This document shows, piece by piece, positions 30,111-38,866 of a DNA stretch of 64,000 nucleotides. The notes below the pieces were generated by a model. That model was not told the DNA's origin. It worked only from the letters and a program-made list of their open reading frames with translations, and did not search any database. Position 1 is the stretch's first letter, and each line of letters opens with the position of its first letter. Source of the DNA: an uncultured Gemmatimonadales bacterium. GTDB lineage: Bacteria > Gemmatimonadota > Gemmatimonadetes > Longimicrobiales > RSA9. The DNA is taken from the NCBI GenBank assembly GCA_963783305.1, contig CAWAMW010000015.1, positions 128,001 to 192,000 of the forward strand, written 5' to 3'. The position numbers and the translations under genes were made by a program.

Positions 30111-31543
30111 GCGCCCTCCCGTCTCTGCCGGGGTGCCCCTCTCTCCGTCGGGAGCTTCATCATCACCGTCGTGCCCCGACCCGCTTCGCTCTGGATATCC
30201 AGCGAGCCGCCGTGCGCCGCCACGATCCGCGCCACCAGCGGGAGCCCGAGCCCGGTCCCGGACGGCTTCGTGGAGTAGAAGGGAAGCACGATCTTGTCGA
30301 TCTCATCCGCCGGGATGCCGGGGCCGGTGTCCGAGAGGCGGACCACCACATGGTCGCCCTCCCCCGCCAGCGACACCTTCAGCCTGCCGCCCTCCTCCAT
30401 CGCTTCCATGGCGTTCAGCATGACATTGAGCATCGCCTGCTCCAGACGGTGGGCATCGCCGCTCACCGCGGGGAGCTCCGCCGGAAGGTCCCGCTCGACG
30501 GTCCGGCCGCTCGTGTCCGTCAGCGACGAGAGCTGCAGCAGCGCGCCATCCACGGTGTCCCTCAGGTCCACTCGCTCGCTCCTCAGCTCCACCGGCTTCG
30601 CCAGCGCGAAGAGGTCCTGCATCGTTTCCGTCAGCTTCCCCAGCTGTCCATCCACCGCCCCGAGCAGCGACTGCGCCTGTGCGTTCAGCTCGTACTCCTG
30701 CTCGAGGAGCGAGACCGCCGATCGGATCGACGCCAGCGGTCGCTTGAACTCGTGCGCCATCTCCGCCGCCATCTCCCCGACCTGCGCGAACCCCGCCTGG
30801 TCCGCCAGCTTCCGCTCCTGCTCCGCCGCCCTCACCTCCGCCTCCTGCCCGCGCCGGATCAGGTGCGTCATGGAGGTTTCGATCCTCCCCAGCTCGTCCT
30901 CACCCCCCTTTGACTCCGGAGGGCCCAGAATATCCGCCATCCGCGCAATCGGACCCACCACCTCCCGCTCGAGCATGGTCGCCACGATCAGCACCGTCGC
31001 GGCGAGGGATCCGACAAGCAGCAGCATGCCCAGCCGCGCCGCGCGGTCCATCGCCTCCTCCAGCTCGTGAAGCGAGAAGTCCACCTCCACAACCGCCGTG
31101 CCCCCCGCACGCAGCGGCAGGAACGCGTTCACCTCCCCACCCCCGGGCGCCGGTCGAGCCACACCCCGCGCCGGGAGGTCACGCGGAGAAGGGATCCACA
31201 CCCCCACCGGACGCTTCCCCTCCTCGGTTCGGTCTGTAGAGACCAGGATTCGGCCGTCCGTCCCGTAGACGCGGGCCGCGGTCACCGACGCCAGCTCCGA
31301 CAGCTCCCGCAGCGCACCACGGGCGTCCCCGGTACGCCCCGCGGTCAGCGAGGCCTCGAGCGACGATCTCACCGATGCGGCCGCCAGCAGCGCCTGCTGC
31401 TCCGATGCCGCTTCCGACTGCTGCCGCCAGTACCGGAACGTCAGAGACGAGGCCACCCCGAACACCACGACCGCGGTTCCGACCGCCGTGATGATCAGCT
31501 TGACACGCAACGGCTGCGACTTCAGCCGCTGGCCCCAGTCCAT
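30089..31543 (-). CDS. Membrane sensor histidine kinase
   Basis: Two TM helices around a periplasmic domain; AHEFKRPL, NAMEA, DTGPG, GTGLGL. Confidence 0.9.
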   Translation of the reverse strand: MDWGQRLKSQPLRVKLIITAVGTAVVVFGVASSLTFRYWRQQSEAASEQQALLAAASVRSSLEASLTAGRTGDARGALRELSELASVTAARVYGTDGRILVSTDRTEEGKRPVGVWIPSPRDLPARGVARPAPGGGEVNAFLPLRAGGTAVVEVDFSLHELEEAMDRAARLGMLLLVGSLAATVLIVATMLEREVVGPIARMADILGPPESKGGEDELGRIETSMTHLIRRGQEAEVRAAEQERKLADQAGFAQVGEMAAEMAHEFKRPLASIRSAVSLLEQEYELNAQAQSLLGAVDGQLGKLTETMQDLFALAKPVELRSERVDLRDTVDGALLQLSSLTDTSGRTVERDLPAELPAVSGDAHRLEQAMLNVMLNAMEAMEEGGRLKVSLAGEGDHVVVRLSDTGPGIPADEIDKIVLPFYSTKPSGTGLGLPLVARIVAAHGGSLDIQSEAGRGTTVMMKLPTERGAPRQRREGAWRTSES

Positions 31544-31671
31544 GTCGCCTCCTCGCCGAGTCCCGCTCTGGTTGTTCCTCTGAGCCTGCGCAAAGAAAGG
31601 TGTTTCGGGGCCCCGGGAATAGAGGGTAATCCCCAAGGAACGGCGCGGGGGATTTCCCGACAGCTGCGCGA

Positions 31672-31716
31672 AATCGCACGGGCGGCGGGTCCGGAAGGAC
31701 CGCCGCCCGTGCGATT
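31672..31716. terminator. Strong GC-rich hairpin just downstream of the CPBP gene
   Basis: aatcgcacgggcggcgg-gtcc GGAA ggac-cgccgcccgtgcgatt; only a short U tract. Confidence 0.55.
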
Positions 31717-31742
31717 GGATGCCCCTGCGGGCTTCTGTCGAC

Positions 31743-32909
31743 TCAGCTCCCGACGATCAGGAGGAGCGCGCCCAGCGCCGTGGCATGCGCCACCAGCGCG
31801 GTGCCGAACCCGCGGCGCCAGTAGAGGAGCCCGAACGCGACTGCCGGTACGAGGACCGTCACGGCCATGAAGCCGATGAGCATGCCCATGGTGGGGAACC
31901 CGATCGTCAGCACACCGGGCAGGTAGATCAGGACCTGCACCCCCGCCGCCACCGCCACGGCCAGCGCCGCCGCGCCCACTTCGCTCATCCTGAACTCCCG
32001 GAGGAGCACCCAGGCGACGGCCGTGACCAGGAAGAGCCGCAGCAGGACTTCGTCCACGAGCGCCGTTCCCATGGCACTCACGAGCCCCGGCGCACCGGCG
32101 CCGTAGGCGGCCTCGTAGAAGGGCAGCGCGATGAGCGCCATCACCACTCCCACGACCAGCGCGATCGCCACACTTACCACCGCCTCACCACGACCGCCGA
32201 ACGCCACCGCCGGGCGCCGCACCGGAAGCCGGTCCATGAGCCCCAGCGACAGCGTCACCAGGGGACCGGCCAGCCACAGCGTGGCCGCCAGCGCCAGCAG
32301 CACGGCCCCTACGGGGGTGACCCGCAGCGGCAACCCCCAGATCTGCGGCTGCTCCGACAGGAACACCGCCATCAAGCCCCCGAAAAGCGCCGCCACCAGG
32401 AGCGTTGCCGCCCGCGCGTTCGACCACCCGCTGTAGGCGCTGCGCAGCGCCCCCCAACCCTGCTCCGCCGCAAGCGTCACCAGCGTCAGCCCGGCGAGCC
32501 AGGCCACCCCACACCCCACGATCGCCGCCGTCTTGGCCGCGTACAGCGCCACCGCCGTCATCGCGATCCACCCCGCAACCAGCCACGCTACCAGCAGTGC
32601 CGGAATCGCATAGGCCGCTCCCATGGCTATCGCTCCCACCGACTGACGCAGCGGCATCCCCTTCGGGCGCCCCATCCACCCCAGCACCGCACCGTGAACG
32701 AATCCCAGCGAGGCACCCACCACGAACAGCCCCGTGCACGTCAACAATAGCGCGTGCCCGCTCAACTGACCCGTCAGTGTCATGGCCGCCACCAGGAACC
32801 CACCCACAAGGATCCCCCCCGCCGCCGCCCACGCCACCGCCACCTTGCCGGGGACAGCAAGCCCCCGGGTCAGCGTCCGTCCATCCATCCGCGTTTTCTC
32901 CATGGCCAT
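31743..32909 (-). CDS. Polytopic membrane protein with a degenerate C-terminal CPBP (CAAX protease/Abi) domain
   Basis: About 10-12 hydrophobic segments; DEVLLR and FGLLYWRRGFGTALVAH motifs. Confidence 0.7.
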   Translation of the reverse strand: MAMEKTRMDGRTLTRGLAVPGKVAVAWAAAGGILVGGFLVAAMTLTGQLSGHALLLTCTGLFVVGASLGFVHGAVLGWMGRPKGMPLRQSVGAIAMGAAYAIPALLVAWLVAGWIAMTAVALYAAKTAAIVGCGVAWLAGLTLVTLAAEQGWGALRSAYSGWSNARAATLLVAALFGGLMAVFLSEQPQIWGLPLRVTPVGAVLLALAATLWLAGPLVTLSLGLMDRLPVRRPAVAFGGRGEAVVSVAIALVVGVVMALIALPFYEAAYGAGAPGLVSAMGTALVDEVLLRLFLVTAVAWVLLREFRMSEVGAAALAVAVAAGVQVLIYLPGVLTIGFPTMGMLIGFMAVTVLVPAVAFGLLYWRRGFGTALVAHATALGALLLIVGS

Positions 32910-32969
32910 GCCCCGTCCTCTTCTGGGTTCTACCCCGCCCCATCGCGGGCTCTCATTCACCTCTCTCCA

Positions 32970-32986
32970 ATACAAGGACGGGACCA
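32970..32986 (-). promoter_or_regulatory. Sigma54 (-24/-12) promoter candidate for the CPBP gene
   Basis: Minus strand TGGTCCCGTCCTTGTA (GG-N10-GT), about 60 nt upstream of the ATG. Confidence 0.5.
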
Positions 32987-33071
32987 CTCGCTCACAAATC
33001 CGCTAACTGCTCTGATACCATACGCTTACGAGATTCAAGCCCGCTCCGCGTGCGGCTAGAATACCCGGCCT

Positions 33072-33112
33072 ACGCGCGCTTTCGCGCACCCCCGACGCGC
33101 ACTTTCGCGCAC
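33072..33112. promoter_or_regulatory. Tandem activator-binding (UAS-like) sites
   Basis: acgcgcRctttcgcgcac twice, 23-bp period, each with a GCGC-N6-GCGC dyad, 85-125 bp upstream of the -24 box. Confidence 0.55.
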
Positions 33113-33310
33113 GAGGCGCGGAGCCGAGCCGGCGGCCTGAGCCGTGGATGCAGGGGCTCGCAGACGGCGCGAGCACCTGGAGGCGGTCGGGAGGTCGGAA
33201 GGAAACGACGCCCCTGGACTGCGGGCGTTCGGATCCGCTCTCAGGGAATCAGCCGCTGCCGTGCCGTTTTCGGGGTGGACGGAAGGCCGGCATTGAGCGC
33301 CGGCCTGCGC

Positions 33311-33787
33311 TCAGCCAGACGGCAGACGAGTGGAGTCGGTGACTTCCTGCCGGAGTTGATCGACGAGGTAGTGTGCGGCGGCGTCGATCTGTCGCGGCGT
33401 AAGGCCGGCAACGCCCCAGGTGGGCATTCCCTCGTGGCCGGTGAAGACGAACCGACGTACAGCCTCGGGGTCGTCGGCGAAGCGCCAGTCGGGCTCGACG
33501 AGCGACGGCACTTCGAGATCCCGGTTGCGGGCGTATTCGGTGTCGCCGCGGCCGAGGGGTCCATGGCACCGGCGGCACTCGTCGGCGAAGACGAGGTTGC
33601 CGGCCTGCATCCGCTCCGCGTTGGAGCTCCAGGTGAGGGTGTCGAACAGCTCTTCGGAGAAGATCGAGTCTGCCGCGGCGACGCGGGCTTCGCGGTCGGG
33701 CGGGTGGAACTCGTGACCTTCGCACGCGCCGAGGGCGGCGGCGCCCAGGACGAGGAGGGCGAGAGGTGTGGCGAGTCGGCCGGTCAT
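33311..33787 (-). CDS. Monoheme cytochrome c lipoprotein
   Basis: Lipobox LGAC, CRRCHG, distal GMPTW Met ligand. Confidence 0.85.
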   Translation of the reverse strand: MTGRLATPLALLVLGAAALGACEGHEFHPPDREARVAAADSIFSEELFDTLTWSSNAERMQAGNLVFADECRRCHGPLGRGDTEYARNRDLEVPSLVEPDWRFADDPEAVRRFVFTGHEGMPTWGVAGLTPRQIDAAAHYLVDQLRQEVTDSTRLPSG

Positions 33788-34161
33788 GGCGTGGTCGTGT
33801 CGTCGGGATGCATCAGGCTGGCCCCGGGCGCCAGCGACTGTGCGCGATCCATGGCCTCCTGTGCATCGTCGGCGTTCCCGAGGGCCAGGTTGGCCATGTA
33901 GATGCCGAACCATGCGGCCGCCACCTCTTCGCCGAGCTCGGCGGCTCGGCGGTAGTGGCGGAGCGCCGCCTCGTAGTCCTCTTCGCGGTAAGCGACGTTG
34001 CCGCTGTCCAGTGCGGCCGTCACCGCCGGGTCGAGCGAATCCCGCGAGTGCTGCACTTCCTCCCGGCTGATGCTCCCGGTCTCCTGGTCATCGCCCGGAT
34101 CACACGCGGTGAGGATCAGGCTGGCGACGATCCCTGCGACTACGATGGCTCTCGCGCTCAT
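33784..34161 (-). CDS. Tetratricopeptide-repeat lipoprotein
   Basis: Lipobox LTAC; GN.AY...DYEAAL..Y..A and AWFG...LG...DA TPR pattern. Confidence 0.75.
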   Translation of the reverse strand: MSARAIVVAGIVASLILTACDPGDDQETGSISREEVQHSRDSLDPAVTAALDSGNVAYREEDYEAALRHYRRAAELGEEVAAAWFGIYMANLALGNADDAQEAMDRAQSLAPGASLMHPDDTTTP

Positions 34162-35978
34162 GGCTGTGCGGGGTTGAAGGCGGTTCCGGCCTGCGCCGTC
34201 CGCGGACGGGGCAGTGTATGGCAGCTTTCACAGTTCCGGCCAGGCCTGTGGTCCACCAGGTCCTGGTGACAGACCAGGCAGAAGTCGCGCGTTCGGGGCA
34301 CGTTCCGCACGGGCGCGGGGATGGCCGTGTGGCACCCGGACCCGGCGCAGCCGAGGTGGACCTGGAGATCGTGGGCATTGGCCGAGGGCTCCACATGACA
34401 CGACTTGCAGTCGGTGGTCGGCTGGTGGTGCTCGGTATGGCACCCGGAGCAGCTCACCGCGGCAGCCGAGAGCGCCAGCCCTTCGGTGTGACAGCGGGCG
34501 CAGTCCAGCTGTCCGTGCGTAGCGTGGTCGAATGGCAGCGATCGGGTCGGCCGGTTCAAGGATCCGACCGTGATATTCATGCGGCGCCGAACCGTGGCCG
34601 TCAGCCGTCGGACGTCGCCCCGGCTGTGGCAGCGCTGACAGTCCGCGGCCACGGGCTCCGTGTGATGGCACGAGCGGCAGTCTCCGAGGCTCGCTACCGT
34701 CAGACCGCCGTGCGTGGTCTTCATGCTATGGCAGGCAGTGCACTCCACACCGCGGTGCTCCGCGTGCCAGAATCGTACGGTATCCTGCGCTGCCGTCTGA
34801 GGCGGCACAGCCGCCGACGGCTCCGCGAAAGCCTCGGATTCCGTCGGGCTGTGCGAGGCCAGGGCGAGCCGGATCAGGGCGGGGTCCACCGCCCCCGCGG
34901 AGGCCAGCCGCACCCCCCGGACGGGCTCGGTGACGACGGCTTCCCCATCGGCAGCCATGCCGTCCAGTGCCAGGCCTACACGATCCGGGTGACCTGAACC
35001 GCTGATTCTCCCTCCGGGCGCATCCTCGTAGATGTCGCTGTGGCACTCCAGGCAGTTCTGTCCCGCGCCGTGTATCCTGAACTGATGGGCCTCGTGGCAC
35101 GTGGTGCAGTTCTCGAGAACACCGGTGTCCAGCCCCTGATGGAAGGGCGTCAACGTGTCGGGCGCCGCGTGGCACCCGCCCGTTGCGCACGTCTGCACCG
35201 CCTGCTGCGGCGTGGTCTGCTCATGCGGGTTGTGACACGCTCCACACTCGGCGTTGTGGGGCTCGTCCGCCGGCAGGTTCGGCAGCATCGACCGCATCTG
35301 ATGACAGCTCAGGCACTCCGACGCCTCGGGCCGGAGGGAGCTCGCAACCTCCGTGGCCGACTCGTCGACGGGGACCGGCCGGGCAAAGTCGTGGCAGGTG
35401 GCGCAGTGGATCGTCAGGTCGGCCATCTTGCCGAGCCGGATCTCCGTGGTTTCGTGGCAGCCGCCCTGCCCACACGTCTGGTCCGTGGGCGTGAACTGAT
35501 GCACGCCGCTCGAGTGGCACTCCACGCAGTTCAGCCCCTGGAGCACCGGGTCGTCGGATTCCAGGTGGATCCGGTGACCCGCCGTATTCGCCACCATCCG
35601 CCACTCTTCCGGATTGCCGTCGATGTGGCACTCGGCACAGACTTCGTTCGGCACATGCGCATGCACGCGGATCGAGTCCGGGTTCTCGACGATCTGGGCC
35701 AGGCCCATCCCGCTCCGCTCCATGATGTTCGGCCGATGGCAAGCCTTGCAGCCGAGCCCCCTGTGTGCGCTCTTGGCGAACTGCTCGAAGGGGTCCTCCA
35801 TCAGGTGGCACTCGAGGCAGAACTGGTTGTCGTGCTGCACGTAGTCGTAGGCCTCGTACATGAGCACCGAGGCCACGCCGACCACGGCGAGCAGGACCGT
35901 ACCCAGCACCACTTTGAAACCGGTGGGGAGGGTGAGGATCCGATGGGCGACGTCCGATAACAGCGATCCTAATTTCAT
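34158..35978 (-). CDS. Membrane-anchored 20-heme c-type cytochrome with a NapC/NirT-like N-terminus (17 CxxCH + 3 Cx4CH)
   Basis: N-terminal TM helix then FCLECHLM...SAH...CKACH; motifs counted in the translation. Confidence 0.88.
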   Translation of the reverse strand: MKLGSLLSDVAHRILTLPTGFKVVLGTVLLAVVGVASVLMYEAYDYVQHDNQFCLECHLMEDPFEQFAKSAHRGLGCKACHRPNIMERSGMGLAQIVENPDSIRVHAHVPNEVCAECHIDGNPEEWRMVANTAGHRIHLESDDPVLQGLNCVECHSSGVHQFTPTDQTCGQGGCHETTEIRLGKMADLTIHCATCHDFARPVPVDESATEVASSLRPEASECLSCHQMRSMLPNLPADEPHNAECGACHNPHEQTTPQQAVQTCATGGCHAAPDTLTPFHQGLDTGVLENCTTCHEAHQFRIHGAGQNCLECHSDIYEDAPGGRISGSGHPDRVGLALDGMAADGEAVVTEPVRGVRLASAGAVDPALIRLALASHSPTESEAFAEPSAAVPPQTAAQDTVRFWHAEHRGVECTACHSMKTTHGGLTVASLGDCRSCHHTEPVAADCQRCHSRGDVRRLTATVRRRMNITVGSLNRPTRSLPFDHATHGQLDCARCHTEGLALSAAAVSCSGCHTEHHQPTTDCKSCHVEPSANAHDLQVHLGCAGSGCHTAIPAPVRNVPRTRDFCLVCHQDLVDHRPGRNCESCHTLPRPRTAQAGTAFNPAQP

Positions 35979-36191
35979 GCTCCCGAACCTAGGTCGCTCT
36001 CGGCCGGATTGCCAAGTGGGGAATTTCTTGATCTTCCTGTACGGAGATCACCACGCCGCAATTCTCTGGGTCTTTCGCCCTGCACATCGTGGCGATCCCC
36101 GCGTAGGATCAGCGGCGTCGCCTCCCCGCCTGCCAGCGTGAGGGCCCAACCATGGATCATCACCTGCGTTGCACCCCGGGAGAGAATGAAG

Positions 36192-36264
36192 TGGGCCGGG
36201 AGGGGCTCGAACCCTCGACCGTTGGATTAAAAGTCCACTGCTCTGCCAGCTGAGCTACCGGCCC
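36192..36264 (-). tRNA. tRNA-Lys(TTT); CCA not encoded
   Basis: GGGCCGG acceptor stem, TAGCTCAG-TGGCAGAGC D arm, CTTTTAA anticodon loop, GGTTCGAGCCC T arm. Confidence 0.96.
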
Positions 36265-36389
36265 CTGTCTCCTGCCATCCCGCACCCGCACGCGGGAGCC
36301 GGCGGTCCGACCCCCGAAGATCGAGCCGGCGTCGTGGTCCGTCAACTTCCGCGACCGTCGACCAGCCGTACGCACACAGCGCCCGCAGA

Positions 36390-38327
36390 TCAGCTCCCTG
36401 GCCAGCCCAGAACGGCGTCGATGCTGTTTCGCGAGATCGGATGGTACATGGGACGCGCCTGGCGATAGATATCGACCGCCAGCGCGCGACCCCACTCCGT
36501 CTCCGCAAGCTGCTGATAGAGCGGCTGCAGGAACTTCCTCCGGCCCTGACCGACCAGGAACGATTCCAGCGCGCCGAACGCCGGCTCGTACCGGTTCTCG
36601 ATGGCGATCATGAGCCAGCTGAACAACACTTCGCTGTTGCCGCTGGACGTGAAGCCGTACGTATCATCCAGCGCGCGCATCCGCTCGGCCGAGAGATCGT
36701 CCGGCAGTGACCCGAGGAAGTGCAGCCACTCGTGTGTGCTCCACCCCTCCGTCGCCAGCTCGCGCGGCGGCGTTCCCTCCAGCAGCCGCGCGACCTCGTG
36801 CTCCACGCGTGTGAACGCCTGCGACTCCACCGGCGCCATGTTCTCCGGTAGACCCGGTTCGTACGCCCACGTTTCGGGCTGGATCGCCGTCCTCCACGCC
36901 GGGTTCTCCTCGAGCAGGTGCTCGTCCAGATAGTCGAGGAAACGCTCCGTCGTCATGGGCTCGAACGCGTGGGCATCGAAGTACTGCCGCAGGAAACGAT
37001 CGAACCGCTCCCGACCCACCACGTTCTCTATGGTCCGGAGGAAGGCCGCGCCCTTGTCGTAGGCGATGGCCGTCATCCCCTCGTCCGGATCCCGGTCCAC
37101 CAGGTCCAGGTGCAGGATCGTCTCGGGCGACTCGTAGCCGCCCAGGTCCCCCTCGATCTCCGACCGCAGCCCCGCCCGACCCAGTGACTCCAGCATGCGG
37201 GCGTACTCCGGCCCAGAGAGGGCCTCCATGATCCGGTTCTCGAAATACACGGTGAAGCCCTCGTTCAGCCAGAAATCGCTCCACGTGGCGTTGGTCACCA
37301 GGTTGCCCGACCAGGAATGGGCGAGCTCGTGCGCGATCAGACTGACCAGCGACCGGTCGCCCGCCAGGATCGTGGGCGTGGCGAACGTCAGCCGCGGGTT
37401 CTCCATCCCGCCGAACGGGAACGACGGAGGGAGCACGAGCACGTCATAGCGGCCCCAGCGATACGGGCCGTACAGCGACTCGGCCGCTTTCAGCATGTCC
37501 TCCATCTCACCGAACTCGTACGCCGCCGCCTCCACCACCGCGGGCTCCGCGTACACGCCCGTGCGGGGACCCACCTTCCGGAACTCCAGCTCACCCACCG
37601 CGAGCGCAATCAGGTAGGGCGGGATCGGCTTGTCCATCTCGAACGCGTACACCCGCCCGAGATCCGTCGCCTCCCCGCCTGGCGTGAGCATCTCCGCGCT
37701 CATCACCGCCACGAGATCGTCCGGCACCGTGATGGTGGCACTGTACGTCTGCCGGATCCCCGGGCTGTCCTGCGTCGGGATCCAGGTGCGTGTCAGGATC
37801 GCCTGCCCCTGCGTGAACAGGAACGGCGAGCCGCTCGTGGTCTGCTCGGGCCCGAGCCACTGCACCGCCGCCGCGTCCTCGCCGGTGCGGTAGTGCACCT
37901 CGATCTGGTCCACGCCCCGCGGCAGTCGGATCCGGAGCGGACGTCCGAGGTACTCCACGGGGTCACCCAGCTCCCACGTGAGCGCGTCACCCAGCGGGGT
38001 CGTGACCGCCCGGATGTCCAGCCCGCGCGTGTCCAGCACCAGCTCCTCCGCTTCCGGAAGCCGGTCCAGCGTGAGGGTCGCCGCGCCCGCCAGCACCTGC
38101 TCATCGAAGTCCACCGCCAGCCGCAGGTCGACATGGCGCACCCGCGCCTCCTCCGGGTTCGCGAACGAGTGCGGATCCGCCGGCAGCCGCGGCTCCAGCG
38201 CCACGCGCTCCGCGATTCCGCCGCCCGCCGACCCTGCCGGCACCACCGGCTCCAGCTCCGCAGCCCCGGCACACGCCGCCATGCCCAGTGTCAGCAGCAC
38301 TCCCATCGAACCGCACGCCTTCCTCAT
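36390..38327 (-). CDS. M1 family aminopeptidase (leukotriene A4 hydrolase-like), probable lipoprotein
   Basis: GGMEN, HELAH, NEG and YDKG motifs; LTA4H-like C-terminal domain (GRRKF..PLY). Confidence 0.92.
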   Translation of the reverse strand: MRKACGSMGVLLTLGMAACAGAAELEPVVPAGSAGGGIAERVALEPRLPADPHSFANPEEARVRHVDLRLAVDFDEQVLAGAATLTLDRLPEAEELVLDTRGLDIRAVTTPLGDALTWELGDPVEYLGRPLRIRLPRGVDQIEVHYRTGEDAAAVQWLGPEQTTSGSPFLFTQGQAILTRTWIPTQDSPGIRQTYSATITVPDDLVAVMSAEMLTPGGEATDLGRVYAFEMDKPIPPYLIALAVGELEFRKVGPRTGVYAEPAVVEAAAYEFGEMEDMLKAAESLYGPYRWGRYDVLVLPPSFPFGGMENPRLTFATPTILAGDRSLVSLIAHELAHSWSGNLVTNATWSDFWLNEGFTVYFENRIMEALSGPEYARMLESLGRAGLRSEIEGDLGGYESPETILHLDLVDRDPDEGMTAIAYDKGAAFLRTIENVVGRERFDRFLRQYFDAHAFEPMTTERFLDYLDEHLLEENPAWRTAIQPETWAYEPGLPENMAPVESQAFTRVEHEVARLLEGTPPRELATEGWSTHEWLHFLGSLPDDLSAERMRALDDTYGFTSSGNSEVLFSWLMIAIENRYEPAFGALESFLVGQGRRKFLQPLYQQLAETEWGRALAVDIYRQARPMYHPISRNSIDAVLGWPGS

Positions 38328-38393
38328 GTCCGTTCCTTTCCGTATCTCCGTCCGCCGCCCGCCTGTCTCCTGCCTCCACCGGCCCTGGAGCTG

Positions 38394-38858
38394 CTAGTCC
38401 GGGCCCCGATCCCTCACACCGACCTCCGGCGAATCACTGATCTCGGCCGACCGGATCCGGGCACCCCGCGTGCCGATCCAGCAACCCGTCACCGCCGCCA
38501 GCACCTGGATCAGCACCACCACAATGGTGGACTCAGGTGTGAGACCCGTCCACTCGTCCACCCCCCAGCCGATGACCACGGCCGCGTTCAGCGCGGCCCA
38601 CGCCACCAGAGACATGAGCCCCAGCGCGATGCCGTGGAGGATGGGCGCTTCCAGAGTGCGCACCCCCGTGAACCAGCCGCCGGCGAGGAATCCAACCGCC
38701 ACGGCGAGGACGGCCCAGACAGCGTCGTTCTCCGTCGCTCCACCCATGAGCCCGAGGACGATGAAGCCGAAAACCGCAACGGACGTGACCGCCACCGATA
38801 CCAGCCAGCCGCTCGCGACCCGGCCGGGATGTACGTTCTGGAGGTGCTCGGTATGCAT
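38394..38858 (-). CDS. Four-TM hypothetical membrane protein
   Basis: Four hydrophobic helices after MHTEHL. Confidence 0.6.
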   Translation of the reverse strand: MHTEHLQNVHPGRVASGWLVSVAVTSVAVFGFIVLGLMGGATENDAVWAVLAVAVGFLAGGWFTGVRTLEAPILHGIALGLMSLVAWAALNAAVVIGWGVDEWTGLTPESTIVVVLIQVLAAVTGCWIGTRGARIRSAEISDSPEVGVRDRGPD

Positions 38859-38866
38859 GAGGATCC

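Noticed and set aside
31689..31700. GTCCGGAAGGA resembling SRP RNA domain IV
   Set aside because: It lacks the flanking CAGG/AGCAGC internal loop and is part of a simple, nearly perfect hairpin.
33009..33020. Exact TGGTATCAGAGC (plant retroelement tRNA-Met primer binding site) on the minus strand
   Set aside because: No retroelement context, and it does not match bacterial initiator tRNA ends. Better explained as chance within an IHF-like promoter region.
25363..36264. Cytochrome locus as an island integrated at tRNA-Lys
   Set aside because: No integrase, no duplicated tRNA 3' end seen and no obvious compositional shift.
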